Assembly: GCF_001194135.2 (NCBI RefSeq)
Contig: NC_068983.1
Location: forward strand, 97,533,773-97,597,772
Length of the DNA: 64,000 bases
Reading direction: 5' to 3'
Source: Octopus bimaculoides
Lineage: Eukaryota
Each line of letters starts with the position of its first letter. Position 1 is the stretch's first letter. The notes beneath the pieces are model-generated. The model was not told the origin of the DNA, made no database searches, and was given only the letters and a program-made list of their open reading frames with translations. The translations under genes and the position numbers were made by a program. Positions 26,271 to 40,089 of this stretch are shown piece after piece.

Positions 26271-27156
26271 TGCATGGTTGTGTAGCAAGAAGCTTGCTCC
26301 CCAACCACATGGTTCCGGAAATAAAGTTATACACAAAATCAGAGAACAAGTAATTACTACTTGAACTAAGACAGGGGTTGCAGCAATATAAACGCCTTAT
26401 TTTGTTTAAATGCTATAAATAATGTTCAAATGAATTACGTACATACTATTCTTTTACAATTTATGTCTATGAATATAAAACTGCACGTACGCACACACCA
26501 CGCTCGCGCACGCACTTAATAAATTATCATGAGTACGTTAAGCATTGGGAATCAAATCATAATGATGTATATATTCATTCTTATCGTGTTCCGGTAAATT
26601 TGAGCATTCATCTTTTAACTGCTGGTGTAATTGACGTTGAAAGAAAATTCTGTATTTAGACGTTGTATGTTGACAACGCACACAGTGCAACGCGTCTTCC
26701 TTTTACTTTAATATGGTGAGATACAATTGTAAGATATTTGTCTTTTAATTCAAGGAAATAGAATCTCTCCAGTTGATTCACTCCCATGGTACACAGCCGT
26801 GTTATGTACATTGCAAACTCTTACCAAATAATATTTTAAAAACAAGTATATTGAAATGCAAAAAATTCTCTCTTAATTATGGCGCCAAAGAACAACAAAA
26901 AACATTTTCATTTGCGTCAACGAACCGTATAATTTGGAAGTGATAACACAATGGCTAACTCGTATTTTAATAAAAAAAAAAAGTATTTTTTAAAATGTGT
27001 TTAAAATATAATTATTGTACCTGTTTGAAATATTTTATTTCTAAGAAACATCACAAATCTTCTAAACAACCTTTTGGTGTTGGCACCCTCCTATAAATTC
27101 ACAAGACCTCCAAGGGTAAACATCGCCTAGGTTAAGATGAATCACTGGTTTAAGTA

Positions 27157-27372
27157 CAAGGAATGCTGAAAAGTTCCTGGCTTTGGGTCAAAGAAAATAC
27201 AGCAGGATCACTTAACTGTGATTTTATTTAACATATTCTTCGCTCAGCTTCACACATTTATTGCAACGGTCCTTCAGTTTTTCTAAGCCCTGTAAAAGAA
27301 CTCGGAATGCTGGGCCTCCAGTCAAGCTTTTTCCAATACCCTTAAAGTCAGGAACTTTTCGGCATCCCCTTG
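27157..27372. mobile_element. Mariner-derived MITE (216 bp)
   Basis: TA|CAAGGAATGCTGAAAAGTTCCTGGCTTT ... AAAGTCAGGAACTTTTCGGCATCCCCTTG|TA: imperfect TIRs with TA on both sides. Confidence 0.85.
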
Positions 27373-27414
27373 TAAGTATATGTGTAAATGTGTTTTAATA
27401 AAGTGATAAATTAA

Positions 27415-27625
27415 GACAGCGAACCGGCAGAATCGTTGCGCACCGAACAAAGTCCTTAGCGGCATTTCTTTACTCTCTGATTGCAAATTCGGCCGAGTTC
27501 GAGTTTTCCGTTTATCCTTTCAGGGTCGATAAAATAGATACCGGTAGGGTGCTGTGATCGATGTAATCAACTAACCTTTTCCCTAAAAATTGCTGAGCTT
27601 CTGCCAAAATTTGACACCAATTTAT
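27415..27625 (+). mobile_element. SINE family A, diverged
   Basis: Head and TTTATCCTTTCAGGGTCGATAAAATAG domain. Confidence 0.75.
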
Positions 27626-28466
27626 GAGATAAATCGACAGTGTCGCTGGATGCTCAAATAGGGTGCTTCCTGATATTTGATCACAGTTCACGGTGATCTA
27701 AGTTCAAACCCTACCGATTTAAACAACTTTGCATCTCGGGAAGTGTTCAGTGGTAACCCCACACATTTTCTCCAAGTATAAAAAAAGGTACACTTAATAA
27801 TGGGTCAGAAACCTCTACTGACAGAAAAGAAAAAAAAAGTGGTGACAGACATTCAACTGGAACCGTCAAAGAGGACCCGCTGTGTAGTACATCACTGAAC
27901 GGCAATAAAAATAAAGAAACAGAAAGTCTCTTTTAATAGAGGATCAAGTAGGAGGGCGCTGGATAACATAATCGATGTACAGAGCCTGAGAGAATGCTGA
28001 GTCGATATAATCTATCGAAGCAAATTCGGGGCTGTGTACATACAGAATAAGACTTTCAATACAAGCGAGAGTGTGAATATATCCTCGCGTGAGTACGTGC
28101 ATAGGTGTACTTCCAATTCCTAACTCATTACTTTGCATTTATTCTTCCTGAATTTAACGAACTCTTCCTAAATCCCCATACGTCACAGTCGCGATAGCGG
28201 AGGAAGTGAGAATGGATATGTGTAGGTGTGTGACTGTATATGTGTGTGTAACAGAGTGTGTGTGTGTGTGTCTGTGTGCGTGTGTGCGTGTCTGTGTGCG
28301 TGTCTGTATGTCTGTGTGCGTGTCTGTGTATGTGTGTTAATCTCTCCATGTCTGTGCTAGTGTATCTGTATACTTGTTTATATGAGGAAGCATATTCGAA
28401 CATCTGCACTTCTGTATTCTATATACAGCAACACTGCATTGCTATATACGTCTTAGAGTGTAATGT

Positions 28467-28500
<34 letters not shown>

Positions 28501-28723
28501 TTTTACATACACACACATACACACTCATTATATATATATGTGATTATGGAATTATGTGTATGATGTGTGTGTGTGTGNNNNNNNNNNNNNNNNNNNNNNN
28601 NNNNNNNNNNNNNNNNNNNNNNNNNNNNNNNNNNNNNNNNNNNNNNNNNNNNNNNNNNNNNNNNNNNNNNNNNNNNNNTATATATATATATATATATATG
28701 TGATTATGGAATTATGTGTATGA

Positions 28724-28755
<32 letters not shown>

Positions 28756-29528
28756 CGCGCGCGCGTGTACAAGCGCATTCTGCATATCTATATGTGTTCG
28801 GGCAATTCTGCTATGTACGTATATGTGAAGGGAGAGAAAGCAAGCTAGTGTCGATATAAAAAAAAAAATTATTGTTGTAATGACTTTTGAACTAGCATAA
28901 GCTTACATTTATTTCTGTCAGGCACTCCGTCAGAAACATCCGGGGTAAATACTACCACATCTCTCCTTATTACATATACACATACATTCAACTCGCTTCA
29001 GCCCTGCTTTTACACCACCAACGTGGTCGACAAAGGGATTAAAGAACCATGGACAACACTAATCTCTTTAGCATACGGTTTATTAACCTTTAGCGTACGT
29101 ATCTAATTCCCATCAAGCTCAGTTAATGCCAGCGACATCTGTTGGAGACTTACAAGAAACAACTAACCTTGTTGTATCTTAGCAAAAGAAAGAGAGGAAG
29201 AGGGAAAGAAAAAGAAAGCGTGTGAGTAAGTAAGAGAGAGAGAGAAAGAGAGAGAACATGGGAGAAGAAAATAGCGTAAAGTAAGAACGGGTATTAGACA
29301 CACACTGAGAGTGATGCTCGTCAGTCAACATTTTGAAACGAAGCTGATGATAGGTGGGGAAATAACAATTGCTTGCCGAAAGAGATATTAAAAGAGAAAC
29401 GGCGGGGTGGGATAAAGTGAAGGAAAATGTTAATTTCAAACTAAAACATCGGCTGTAATATAGGATAATAATCTTCAGATATCAGTTGTCAACAAATTTC
29501 ACTTCTCAAGGTGTATTATCTATTGCTG

Positions 29529-29593
<65 letters not shown>

Positions 29594-30482
29594 NNNNNNN
29601 NNNNNNNNNNNNNNNNNNNNNNNNNNNNNNNNNNNNNNNNNNNNNNNNNNNNNNNNNNNNNNNNNNNNNNNNNNNNNNNNNNNNNNNNNNNNNNNNNNNN
29701 NNNNNNNNNNNNNNNNNNNNNNNNNNNNNNNNNNNNNNNNNNNNNNNNNNNNNNNNNNNNNNNNNNNNNNNNNNNNNNNNNNNNNNNNNNNNNNNNNNNN
29801 NNNNNNNNNNNNNNNNNNNNNNNNNNNNNNNNNNNNNNNNNNNNNNNNNNNNNNNNNNNNNNNNNNNNNNNNNNNNNNNNNNNNNNNNNNNNNNNNNNNN
29901 NNNNNNNNNNNNNNNNNNNNNNNNNNNNNNNNNNNNNNNNNNNNNNNNNNNNNNNNNNNNNNNNNNNNNNNNNNNNNNNNNNNNNNNNNNNNNNNNNNNN
30001 NNNNNNNNNNNNNNNNNNNNNNNNNNNNNNNNNNNNNNNNNNNNNNNNNNNNNNNNNNNNNNNNNNNNNNNNNNNNNNNNNNNNNNNNNNNNNNNNNNNN
30101 NNNNNNNNNNNNNNNNNNNNNNNNNNNNNNNNNNNNNNNNNNNNNNNNNNNNNNNNNNNNNNNNNNNNNNNNNNNNNNNNNNNNNNNNNNNNNNNNNNNN
30201 NNNNNNNNNNNNNNNNNNNNNNNNNNNNNNNNNNNNNNNNNNNNNNNNNNNNNNNNNNNNNNNNNNNNNNNNNNNNNNNNNNNNNNNNNNNNNNNNNNNN
30301 NNNNNNNNNNNNNNNNNNNNNNNNNNNNNNNNNNNNNNNNNNNNNNNNNNNNNNNNNNNNNNNNNNNNNNNNNNNNNNNNNNNNNNNNNNNNNNNNNNNN
30401 NNNNNNNNNNNNNNNNNNNNNNNNNNNNNNNNNNNNNNNNNNNNNNNNNNNNNNNNNNNNNNNNNNNNNNNNNNNNNNNNNN

Positions 30483-30648
30483 GTGAAATACGTAGCGATA
30501 TTCTGTCTGAGTTCAAATTCTTCCAAGGTCGACTTCGCTTCCAATCTTTTCGGGGTCGATGAAATAAGTACCAGTTTAACACTGGAGTCAATGTAATCAA
30601 CTACCCCTTCTCCCAAATTTCAGGCCTTGTGCCTAGAGTAGAAAGGGT
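30483..30648 (+). mobile_element. SINE family A (5' end lost in gap)
   Basis: TTCTGAGTTCAAATTCTTCCAAGGTCGACTTCGC domain and 3' end. Confidence 0.8.
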
Positions 30649-30689
30649 CATTATTATCTCTCATTATCACAGATTTTGTTGGAGCTCCT

Positions 30690-32030
30690 GGAGTCTTACA
30701 TGCGTAGCGGACTTGCCACCAACGGCCTACGGTACCATGCTATCTATTATTTTCAGCTATATAATACTTTCCTGATTATTCTGGCCGTGCCAATGAGGCA
30801 AACCTTTTGTAACAGTTCTACTGGCACTCCAATTTCCTTCATATTCCCCTTGATGCCTTCTGATACTGTTCCCAAGGATCCAACAATAATTGGCACTATC
30901 TTCACCTTCTTCATTTTCCATAGCCGGGCTATTTTGTACTTAAAATAGTTGTATTTATCTTTCTTTTCGCCTTGTTTACTATTCGTGGGTCAAAGGGACA
31001 TGCAACAGCAACTATATAGCATATGTGGTGCACCTTGTCCACCACCACTAGGTCCGATCTGTTATGCTCTAGTACCTGATCTGTTTGAAATGGGAAATCT
31101 CAGACCATTTTACTAGTCTCTGACTCTTTCACTCTCTGAGATTTGTGCTCGTACCACGTCTTGCCTCTCTCTAGCCCTTACTTTCCGCAGTTTCCAATGT
31201 AGCACTTACGCTACCTGATTGTGTCGCCACAACTTGTAATCGTTTGGTTGTAATCGTTTGGTTGTCCTTCCAATTCGTGGCCAAAGCTTGGTCTCGCGCT
31301 ACCAGTATAGTGCTCTCGGTCTCTTTTTTTTAAGGGTTCCTTCCATCAACCAATCCCACTTATTTTTCCAGCAATTTGTGTTGTGGCTGCATGGAATTGA
31401 TTGTGTAGTTCCTTCTTGCGTAATCCCTTCTTCAAGTCCTCTTTGTACTTCTTACTTTGTTTTCCCTTTTTTCTCTGCTTTCAATACTCCCTTGTTCCTA
31501 ACTGTCACTAGCAAGGTTTCCTTACTTTGGGCTAGGTATCTCATTAAAATCTTCAGTTCGATACGCTGCAGTCTTTCACACTCATCAGCCCCTTATTCTA
31601 TTTGCTCTCTTCATGTATAGGTAATCAGTGTCTGCACGTGAATGATGGGCACCATGCACCGTTAAGAGCTTTCTTGACTTCCTCTCCATCTCCTTTAGCT
31701 TCTCCTCTGTCCACTTCAGGTTTCCAGCGCCATACCGAACTATTGCGACTGCGAACGAGTTTATTGCCGAAATTATGCTTCTGGCATTCAGCTTTGAAGC
31801 CAATATCTTCCTCACTCGCCGCAGGTACTCTCTTGTTGTCTTGGTGTTTGATTTCATCTGTCTCAAGCATTCCCAGATATTTATAGCTCGATTGAGGTTA
31901 AATTGCCTTCATCATTTCACCACCTGGGAAGCATATGCCTTCTGTTCTGAAAAGCTTTCTTCGTCTCATCTCCATCGTAGAACATTTTGAGAGTCCAAAT
32001 TCCATCTTAATATCATTCAAATCCGCACAA
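30690..32030 (-). mobile_element. R4/Dong-type non-LTR retrotransposon, degraded 3' part (RT C-terminus to RLE endonuclease)
   Basis: EYLRRVRKILASKLNARSIISAINSFAVAIVRYGAG..W; downstream CYIVAVACPFD and KYKIARLWKMKKVKIVPIIVGSLGTVS. Confidence 0.85.
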
Positions 32031-32262
32031 ACTGGACTAGGTTTGTGAATAGCTTGTCTGTGTGACAAGCGTGTTTACACGTGTTGTGCGAGTGACGGAG
32101 GTGACAAATAGTGAAAATACATCGTTTCATTCAGAAAATAGAAATAAATTTTAATGAGTTTAATAGTCCAACTCTTTGTCAGTTATTTTAGGCTCCATTT
32201 ATTATCTTTTGGATAGATTTCGGAGCAGTGTTTTATCTCTCTCACATGTTAAACGTCCCCAG

Positions 32263-32383
<121 letters not shown>

Positions 32384-32559
32384 CTTTTGATCTGCATGTT
32401 TGTTCCAGTCACTTACCGACACACCCAGCGTCCTGGGGTGAGTGAATTATAAGAGATGTTACGTTATAACTGAAAGCTTGGTGAGGGGAAGTAGCGAAAT
32501 ATCTTCATGTAATACTACACATGTAATTTCTTCATGTAATACAGCTTATTTAAATGGAT

Positions 32560-33490
32560 AGGGTTTTTTCTACGAATGTGGGCAGTACTTGTTAGGACAA
32601 CCTTATGGATTTCTCTGAGACACGGTTCTCCTAGGATCTTATCTAGATGTTTCTGACATCCCTGTTTTATCATACCTAAGACACCTACAATAAAAGGAAC
32701 AGTTCTCGCTTTAAGATTCCACATCTTTTGTATTTCAATTCCCAGGTCCTCATGTTTACAGATATATTTTTGACAGTGGGAACACTTACATTTATTAGTC
32801 TACACGTATTTTTTTCACACTCTTTAATAATTATGTCTGGTCGATTAGCCTGGATGGTTCTGTCAGTGTTGACTGCAAACTCCCAGAGGATAGTGACATT
32901 TTTACCTTCAACGACTGGCTCAGGATGATGTTCATACCAGTAAGTAGGAGTGCTGATTTTGTAGTGTATACATATCTCCCAAAGTAAATACTGTCCTACT
33001 CTATCGTGGCGATTTTTGTATCGTTTGGTGTCAGCACAGGACATCTCGAGATGAGATGCTCTATTGTTCCGTGAAATGTGTCACAGAAACTGCATTTTGA
33101 AGAACGTTAGCCTAGCAGTTTTTTGGGGGTTTTTTTTTTTTGTGTGTGAGCAAGCTTTGATGTGTCACCAATATGAAACCTTCAGACTCTATTTGCAGTC
33201 CTGAAATTCTCAGCCACTACATCAGCATTTCCACTTCGAAGTATATACTGTCCATGCAGAGGCGTCTAGCTCCACCGCTCCTCAATTTGTTTCTGCCCAT
33301 TGTTTTTTGCAATCTGCTTGATGAATTTTGCTTGTTTTGTGGCAGGGGTTTCAGGTTCTTCAACTATTTCAGGGTTAAGGCCAAGTTCCCTTGCGAATTT
33401 GCAAGCTTCCTTGACAATAGGATATGATATTTTGCTGCTTCAAAAGCATCAAGCAGATTTTGCTCTACGCAGCAGCCAGCATGTTTGGGT
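32560..33490 (-). mobile_element. R4/Dong-type LINE 3' fragment (second subfamily)
   Basis: PLHGQY and WLRISGLQIESEGF segment, then RHDRVGQYLLWEIC, ILWEFAVNTDRTIQANRPDIII (RLE PD motif) and WNLKARTVPFIVGVLG. Confidence 0.85.
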
Positions 33491-33544
33491 ACGAGTAAAT
33501 TTTTACTCATAGATCCTGACCCAGAAGCGTGCATGGTCCCCTGA

Positions 33545-33880
33545 AAAGGGTAAAGACCCCCTTCGTTCATGAATGACCATGGGATTGCATCTAGAAAGTT
33601 ACCCTCTGAGGCACATGTCCGGGCAAGATTGTTTTAATGAGAGACCAGCAGTCGCCCACGCATACCAGCCTTCCCTCACCACACCGCCGATGTTATCCAA
33701 GGGAAAGGTAAAGACCAATACATTTTGGCACTAGTGACGTCGCAACTCATTTCTACAGCTGAGTGAACAGGAGCAACATGGAATGAAGTGTCCTGCTCAC
33801 ACAACAGCGTGATCCGGAAATCGAACTCACTACCTCATGATTATAAGCTCGACACTCTAACCACTGAGCCATGCGTCTTT
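33545..33880 (-). mobile_element. SINE family D, full length
   Basis: Homologous to 3690-3962 and retains the tRNA-like head. Confidence 0.85.
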
Positions 33881-34979
33881 TCGGTACCCTGTAGGAGTAA
33901 ACTATTTACATTGATGCCTATTTACTTCAGATAGAGAGTGATCAGGGTAAAATATATAGAGCCAAATATCTGTGGGGTAAGGTTGATATGCGTTGTTTGA
34001 AGACTCCTGGAATGCTCGAAGAAACAGAAAATAAAATTCTGGAGTGAAAACTGGGTTGAGATGGGGCTAAAGATCGTGACTGTGGTGAAATATGTGACAC
34101 TGGGGTGGACCCTCGATCTAACAGAGATCCCAGGAGGGCAACAACTGAAGTAAAATGTCTTCCTCAAGCACACAGCACACAAACGGGTCCAGGAATCGAA
34201 CTTACTACATCATGATTGTGAGCCCGACGCTCTAATCAGAGATCCATGCGCTTTCACGGTTCCCTGTAGGAGTGGACTATATGATAATGGAGAGTAGAAA
34301 ACATTGATGCCACGATAGTGACAAAATTGATAACTTTAAAGCCTTCTGCCCTCAACAAGAACAACTTAAGCGATAGCTAGATAAAGGCCTTTATCTCTGT
34401 CAATACCGATAGCAGTAGCAGCGACAACACCAGCAACAGTGGCAACGAGGCCAACAAAAAGAGTGCGTTCGTGGCAAAAATGGCTACGGCACCAGCTGCA
34501 TGAATAGATGCAACACCGACAACAACTATTACTACAACAACAATATCAGCGATGGAAGCAACAGAAACAAAAGAAGCACACCCTCGAACGATCTCTTAAT
34601 AGAGAAGGGAGACTATGCAACCTAACAACGACGATCGTTAGTAAAATTTGACAACAAAAGTCGGCGTATAAATTACGAATCATTACCCCACATGTTGAGA
34701 TAATATTCATATTTCACCTAGACTCGGTGATACTCAGCGAAAATTCAACAACCTAACTATGCGGTATTCAAGAAGAAAAGTGATATAGATTCGCGTGGTA
34801 CACTGATACTGCCAAGATGGTAAGCTCCCGCAACTTTATGAGAGGGTTGCATGTATTTGTAACCTTTTGTATGTATCAAACTTTGTATCTGACTTCATAT
34901 ATTCGGTTTCGTCCGCACACATCATACACACATACATGCATACCTATATACATACATATATACATACATATATGCATGC

Positions 34980-35010
<31 letters not shown>

Positions 35011-35168
35011 CATATATACATATANNNNNNNNNNNNNNNNNNNNNNNNNNNNNNNNNNNNNNNNNNNNNNNNNNNNNNNNNNNNNNNNNNNNNNNNNNNN
35101 NNNNNNNNNNNNNNNNNNNNNNNNNNNNNNNNNNNNNNNNNNNNNNNNNNNNNNNNNNNNNNNNNNNN

Positions 35169-35200
<32 letters not shown>

Positions 35201-35254
35201 CATATACATATATAGATTTATATGTAATAAACAGTATACTTATAATAAACAGTA

Positions 35255-35420
35255 TACTTAAGCGTGGCCATATGGTAAGAAGCTTGATTTCCAATCACAT
35301 ACTTCTGGATTCTGTTCTACTGCGTGGTATTTTGGGAAAGAGTCTTCTACTATAGCCTCTGGTCGACCAAAGCCTTGCGTCTGGATTTGGTAGATGGAAA
35401 CTGAAAGAATCTCATTGTGT
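35255..35420 (+). mobile_element. SINE family B, 5' half
   Basis: GCGTGGCCATATGGTAAGAAGCTTG head. Confidence 0.75.
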
Positions 35421-36069
35421 ATATATGTATATACATATATAGTTAATCAAATATATCCTTTGAGAATAAAGTATACTGGATTTCAGATAAGTGCTCTTGA
35501 TATGAGAAATGTATAAAACCGTAAAGGTATTTAGAGATTCAATTGCAGCGATTATATATTATAGAGTAAAAGTAGGAAAAATTATATCATAAAAATCAGA
35601 TTAGAGATACATACGTCCATAATATAAACAATATTGTATTAATAAATAAATATATAAAGTTTAACTATAATCATTTTAAAAGATTTGAAATTTCAGTATA
35701 GTAAATCGAATACCAATACACATCTATACCAATAACTTTTTAAACAACACCTTTATCATACGATTTTAAATACCATCTCTGTCATTCCATTTATTGCACT
35801 GAAATTCATCCTTTTCTCTCATGAGTGGATATACTTCCTAATAATGGTTATCAACTTTGGATTTGATTTCGAAAGGTAGTATATTCATGAAACGATCGTA
35901 AGATCTCCCAGACCTTTTTAAATGATCATAGTTATACTTCGTTTATCTATTAATACAATATTGTTTATATTATGGAGGTATCTCTACTGTGACTTTTGTG
36001 ATATAATTTTTCCTACTTTTACTCTCTAATACGCACACACACACACATATATAGGTGTGTGCGTGTGTG

Positions 36070-36270
36070 TGTGTTTGTCTCTTGGCAACCGATGTTGGTG
36101 TTTTTACTTCTCCGCAACTTAGCCGTTCGGCAAAACGTATTGATAGAATAAGCACCAGCCTTTAATAGAATTAAGTACTGGTGTCGATTCATTCGATCAA
36201 AAATTCTGCAAAGCAGTTCTCCAGCATGTATGCAGTCTAATGATTGAAACAAGTAAAAGATAAAAAATTA
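36070..36270 (+). mobile_element. SINE family B, 3' half
   Basis: GGCAACCGATGTTGGTG...GAATAAGCACCAG...TGATTGAAACAAGTAAAAGAT. Confidence 0.75.
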
Positions 36271-36300
36271 AGAGAATATCGTTATACATAATTTATAAAT

Positions 36301-36374
<74 letters not shown>

Positions 36375-36719
36375 NNNNNNNNNNNNNNNNNNNNNNNNNN
36401 NNNNNNNNNNNNNNNNNNNNNNNNNNNNNNNNNNNNNNNNNNNNNNNNNNNNNNNNNNNNNNNNNNNNNNNNNNNNNNNNNNNNNNNNNNNNNNNNNNNN
36501 NNNNNNNNNNNNNNNNNNNNNNNNNNNNNNNNNNNNNNNNNNNNNNNNNNNNNNNNNNNNNNNNNNNNNNNNNNNNNNNNNNNNNNNNNNNNNNNNNNNN
36601 NNNNNNNNNNNNNNNNNNNNNNNNNNNNNNNNNNNNNNNTTTATTGGGAATTACATGTATGGATCAAAACAGTTTGATTCAAATTCGTTGATTGTCTGAG
36701 TTTCAAGTGTGATGCTAGC

Positions 36720-36910
36720 CTTCAGCCATTTTGAATTTGAATTTGAATGAAAGAAGTTAATTGTTATTACCGTAAGATGGACTGCGATTGGTCGAGGAAT
36801 GTCACGCGGTGTCGTGGTTTCATGTTGGTATAACGGTAAAATACAGCAGCAAATGTTAGTTGGGAAATACCACATCGCGTGGTGACAGGAAATCGGTCGG
36901 GTTGTTGGAG
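36720..36910 (-). promoter_or_regulatory. Possible core promoter
   Basis: Local CpG enrichment; minus strand CCAATC, GCGTGAC, Inr-like TCATTC followed by YY1-like AAAATGGCTG. Confidence 0.3.
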
Positions 36911-37133
36911 GGGAAGTAGGAAGAGGTGGTAGGTGCAAATATATAGTTGTATATGTGATGTGGAGACGAGCTTATATGGTTCTATATATATATATATATC
37001 ATATTCGTTCGTACCTTCCCTTTCCGTATAGCAAGCCTACTATCGTATGAGTGAAACATTCTCATAAAAACTGTTGTATTTCTCGTTGCAGTCGTTCCTG
37101 TTTTCATTGTTGTTGTTCTTATTGTTGTTGTTG

Positions 37134-37172
<39 letters not shown>

Positions 37173-37600
37173 GTGATTAACTAGACTATGTCAATATCGT
37201 TGAAGTAAATCTCCGAAACATAACAAGAAAAAGAGCGGAATAGCTTTATATTTTAATGAATGAGAAGTCTTTCAGTATAACTTTGTTTTAGTAGTGATAA
37301 ATCATCCGTCAGCAGTCCAGATGGATTAATCTCCTGAAATTGGCAGATGAACGAGACTTGGCTCAATGGACGAGATTTAGCTGAAGGCTAGTGTGTCTTT
37401 CTGCTGTATTGGCAGCCATTACATTAGATTTCGCACGCAATATCTCTATTTTATTCATTTGAATTATGGTCAAACTGCTCGCAACATTTCAATTCTAACA
37501 AGACAGATTGCCAGATAAGGGAAAATGTCTACAGCATTTTGATAAACACAAACTTCTCAGCTTCTCTTCACTATCTATCTAGTAATCTATTTATCTACCA

Positions 37601-37642
<42 letters not shown>

Positions 37643-37677
37643 ATATCTATCTATCTATCTATATACATATTGCGTAT

Positions 37678-37718
<41 letters not shown>

Positions 37719-38000
37719 TGTGTGTGAGTGTGTGAAATCATATATTTATCAATGTATGAATCTACCTAGTAGAATAACCCTCCATCTATTTAATTTTCGC
37801 ATGCGTTCACTCTTACTTTCTTTCTTTACTTCTTTCTCTCTTTCTCATCTCCCAACTTGTTACTTCTTTCTTATCTAGTTTCGTTGTCCATTGAAATACT
37901 TGACTACCGTGCGCTTGTTTTTGTATGTGTCTACATCTTCAAGCAAATAAATGTGTGTGNNNNNNNNNNTTTGTATGTGTCTACATCTTCAAGCAAATAA

Positions 38001-38036
<36 letters not shown>

Positions 38037-38373
38037 GGGAGAAGGTGCGCATGTGAATGTGTGCGTGTGTGTGTCTGTGAGTCTGTGTGTGCATTAAGAG
38101 AATGCGTTACCATGTTTATATGCGAAAATTCGCTAGCCGGCTCTGGATCTGTTTCAGTACATGTGTATATGTGTCTGAATTGGTCTGGTTATGCAGATAC
38201 CAATCTGTCTAACTAGCTAGCAAGCGAACTACATATATTTATTTGTACAAAAATATGTATCACAATACACATGTATTATTTCCTACATACATATTAAGAA
38301 GGTATTCATTACTTGCACAAACACACACACCACATATAAGTACGTGTGCATGTATACACACACACACACACAT

Positions 38374-38414
<41 letters not shown>

Positions 38415-39124
38415 ACACGAGTAAGCACATAAATGCAAAGGAAGTTGGGAAAATAGTACTTGAATACCAAAGGTAGGGTAGTATCATACTTTCATATCTA
38501 TACATATACATACAGACACAAACACATACACGTATATATATATATGTACACATATATATATATATATATGTACACTTATATGAATAAATATATATNNNNN
38601 NNNNNAAGATGGTTACAGGTAGGAACAAGGACAAAAAAGTGGTAATATAAAAGGAAGAGAGAGAAGCAATACGCAGGCGCATTGAAATATGTATACACAC
38701 ACGCACACGCGCGCACACACACATATATATAATATGAATAATATATATATATATGCATATATGCATACGTATATGTACATACATCTATACGTATATATAT
38801 GCATATATGGGCACAGGACGTCACGAAACGTGTACAACTAAAAGTACGAAGTACGAGTACATGGAATATGAACTATTTTTTCGAACAACGAAACACACAA
38901 ATGGAAAACAAGACAAACAACACGAAAAAACGGCCTTTCCTCAGTTGTTGGATGTTTTTTTCTACTCTCGTATTTCGAGTAGATACGCTTCGATAAATCA
39001 GTTGCTCCCAGCAAAGCAAATTAAATGAAATGTAAATTTTAACTCTGAAGATTTAGAACTCAGAATGTAAAGACCAATGAAATACCACTAAGCTTTTTTA
39101 CTCGGCAAGCTAATCCTGAAATAT

Positions 39125-39700
39125 CAGTTTCAAATTTTTGTTACATGGCCAACAATTTTGAGGAAGAGTGAACGTCGATTACATTGACACTTCTGTTCAA
39201 CTGATACCTATTGTCAGTTAAAGTTTAGACAGTGTCACGTGACAACTTGCTGGAGCTGCCTACTGGATCCTAGCAGCGGGAAATTTAGACAATGTCAAGT
39301 GACAACTTGCTGGGGCAGCCTGCTGGAGCCTAGCAGCAGGTATAAAAAGGGGAATTTGACAAGACAGTCAGTCGGACGCTGACACTCGTTGATGCTGCAT
39401 CGAAGAGGCCAGGGAATAGAAGAAAGAAGACATGCACCCAACACCAGAGCTGAAGACACCTCCGCTACGTCAAAACGGTAGATGAGTAGGGGCTGAAACC
39501 GGACGTGGTTCTTCCTGATGATGTCTCGAACTAACTGGATCCTATAAAGGAACTGTTGCGGTAGCAGACCACGAAACGTGGTTGAAATTCCTTAACCCAG
39601 AAGGATAAAAGCAAGTCCGACCCCGGAGGCATAAAGACAGACGAAATGCCGCTAAGCATTTTGTCTAGCATGCTAACAATCCTGCCATCTCACCGCTTTA
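39125..39700 (-). mobile_element. Family A SINE split by a younger insertion
   Basis: The left half ends CTGATACCTAT (about 39211) and the SINE resumes at ACCCAGAAGGATAAAAGCAAG (about 39594). Confidence 0.75.
39212..39592 (+). mobile_element. Terminal-repeat-like insertion with 60-bp tandem duplication, TATA box and two decayed hammerhead-like cores
   Basis: 39221-39280 duplicated at 39281-39340; TATAAAAAGG at 39341; CTGAAGA(39450)..GAAACCGGAC(39495) and CTGATGA(39515)..GAAACGTGGTT(39573). Confidence 0.6.
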
Positions 39701-39973
39701 TGCTGTTATTCCTCTAAAAGTGATTTTGTTATTAGAAGGGCAAAGACACTCAGCGTTCTCAGCGGGGAGCGACAACTGAGGCCTGCGAATGCAACACGCT
39801 GCCTCTTAAACCAAACAAACATTTACATCCCCCGTTTGCGAGCAAAGCTGTAATCTAAGGATATCAAATGATGTTGATAATCATGTGATTCGATGAACAA
39901 GCCTAATCAAGCGATGCGCAGTTATGTGCATGTGTGAGCGCGCGCGCGTTCGTGTACATGTAAACACATATAA

Positions 39974-40017
<44 letters not shown>

Positions 40018-40056
40018 NNNNNNNNNNTGTGTGTGTGTGTGTGTGTGTGTGTGTGA

Positions 40057-40089
<33 letters not shown>

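Noticed and set aside
27939-28088. Frame GSSRRALDNIIDVQSLREC*VDIIYRSKFGAVYIQNKTFNTSESVNISS with one in-frame TGA (selenocysteine idea)
   Set aside because: No resemblance to a selenoprotein family I know, no SECIS identified, and a simpler short exon (28046-28088) or chance explains it.
34400-34560. Ser/Asn/Ala-rich reading frames (a similar Thr-rich one lies at 60320-60430)
   Set aside because: Decayed CAA/CAG microsatellites with no splice support.
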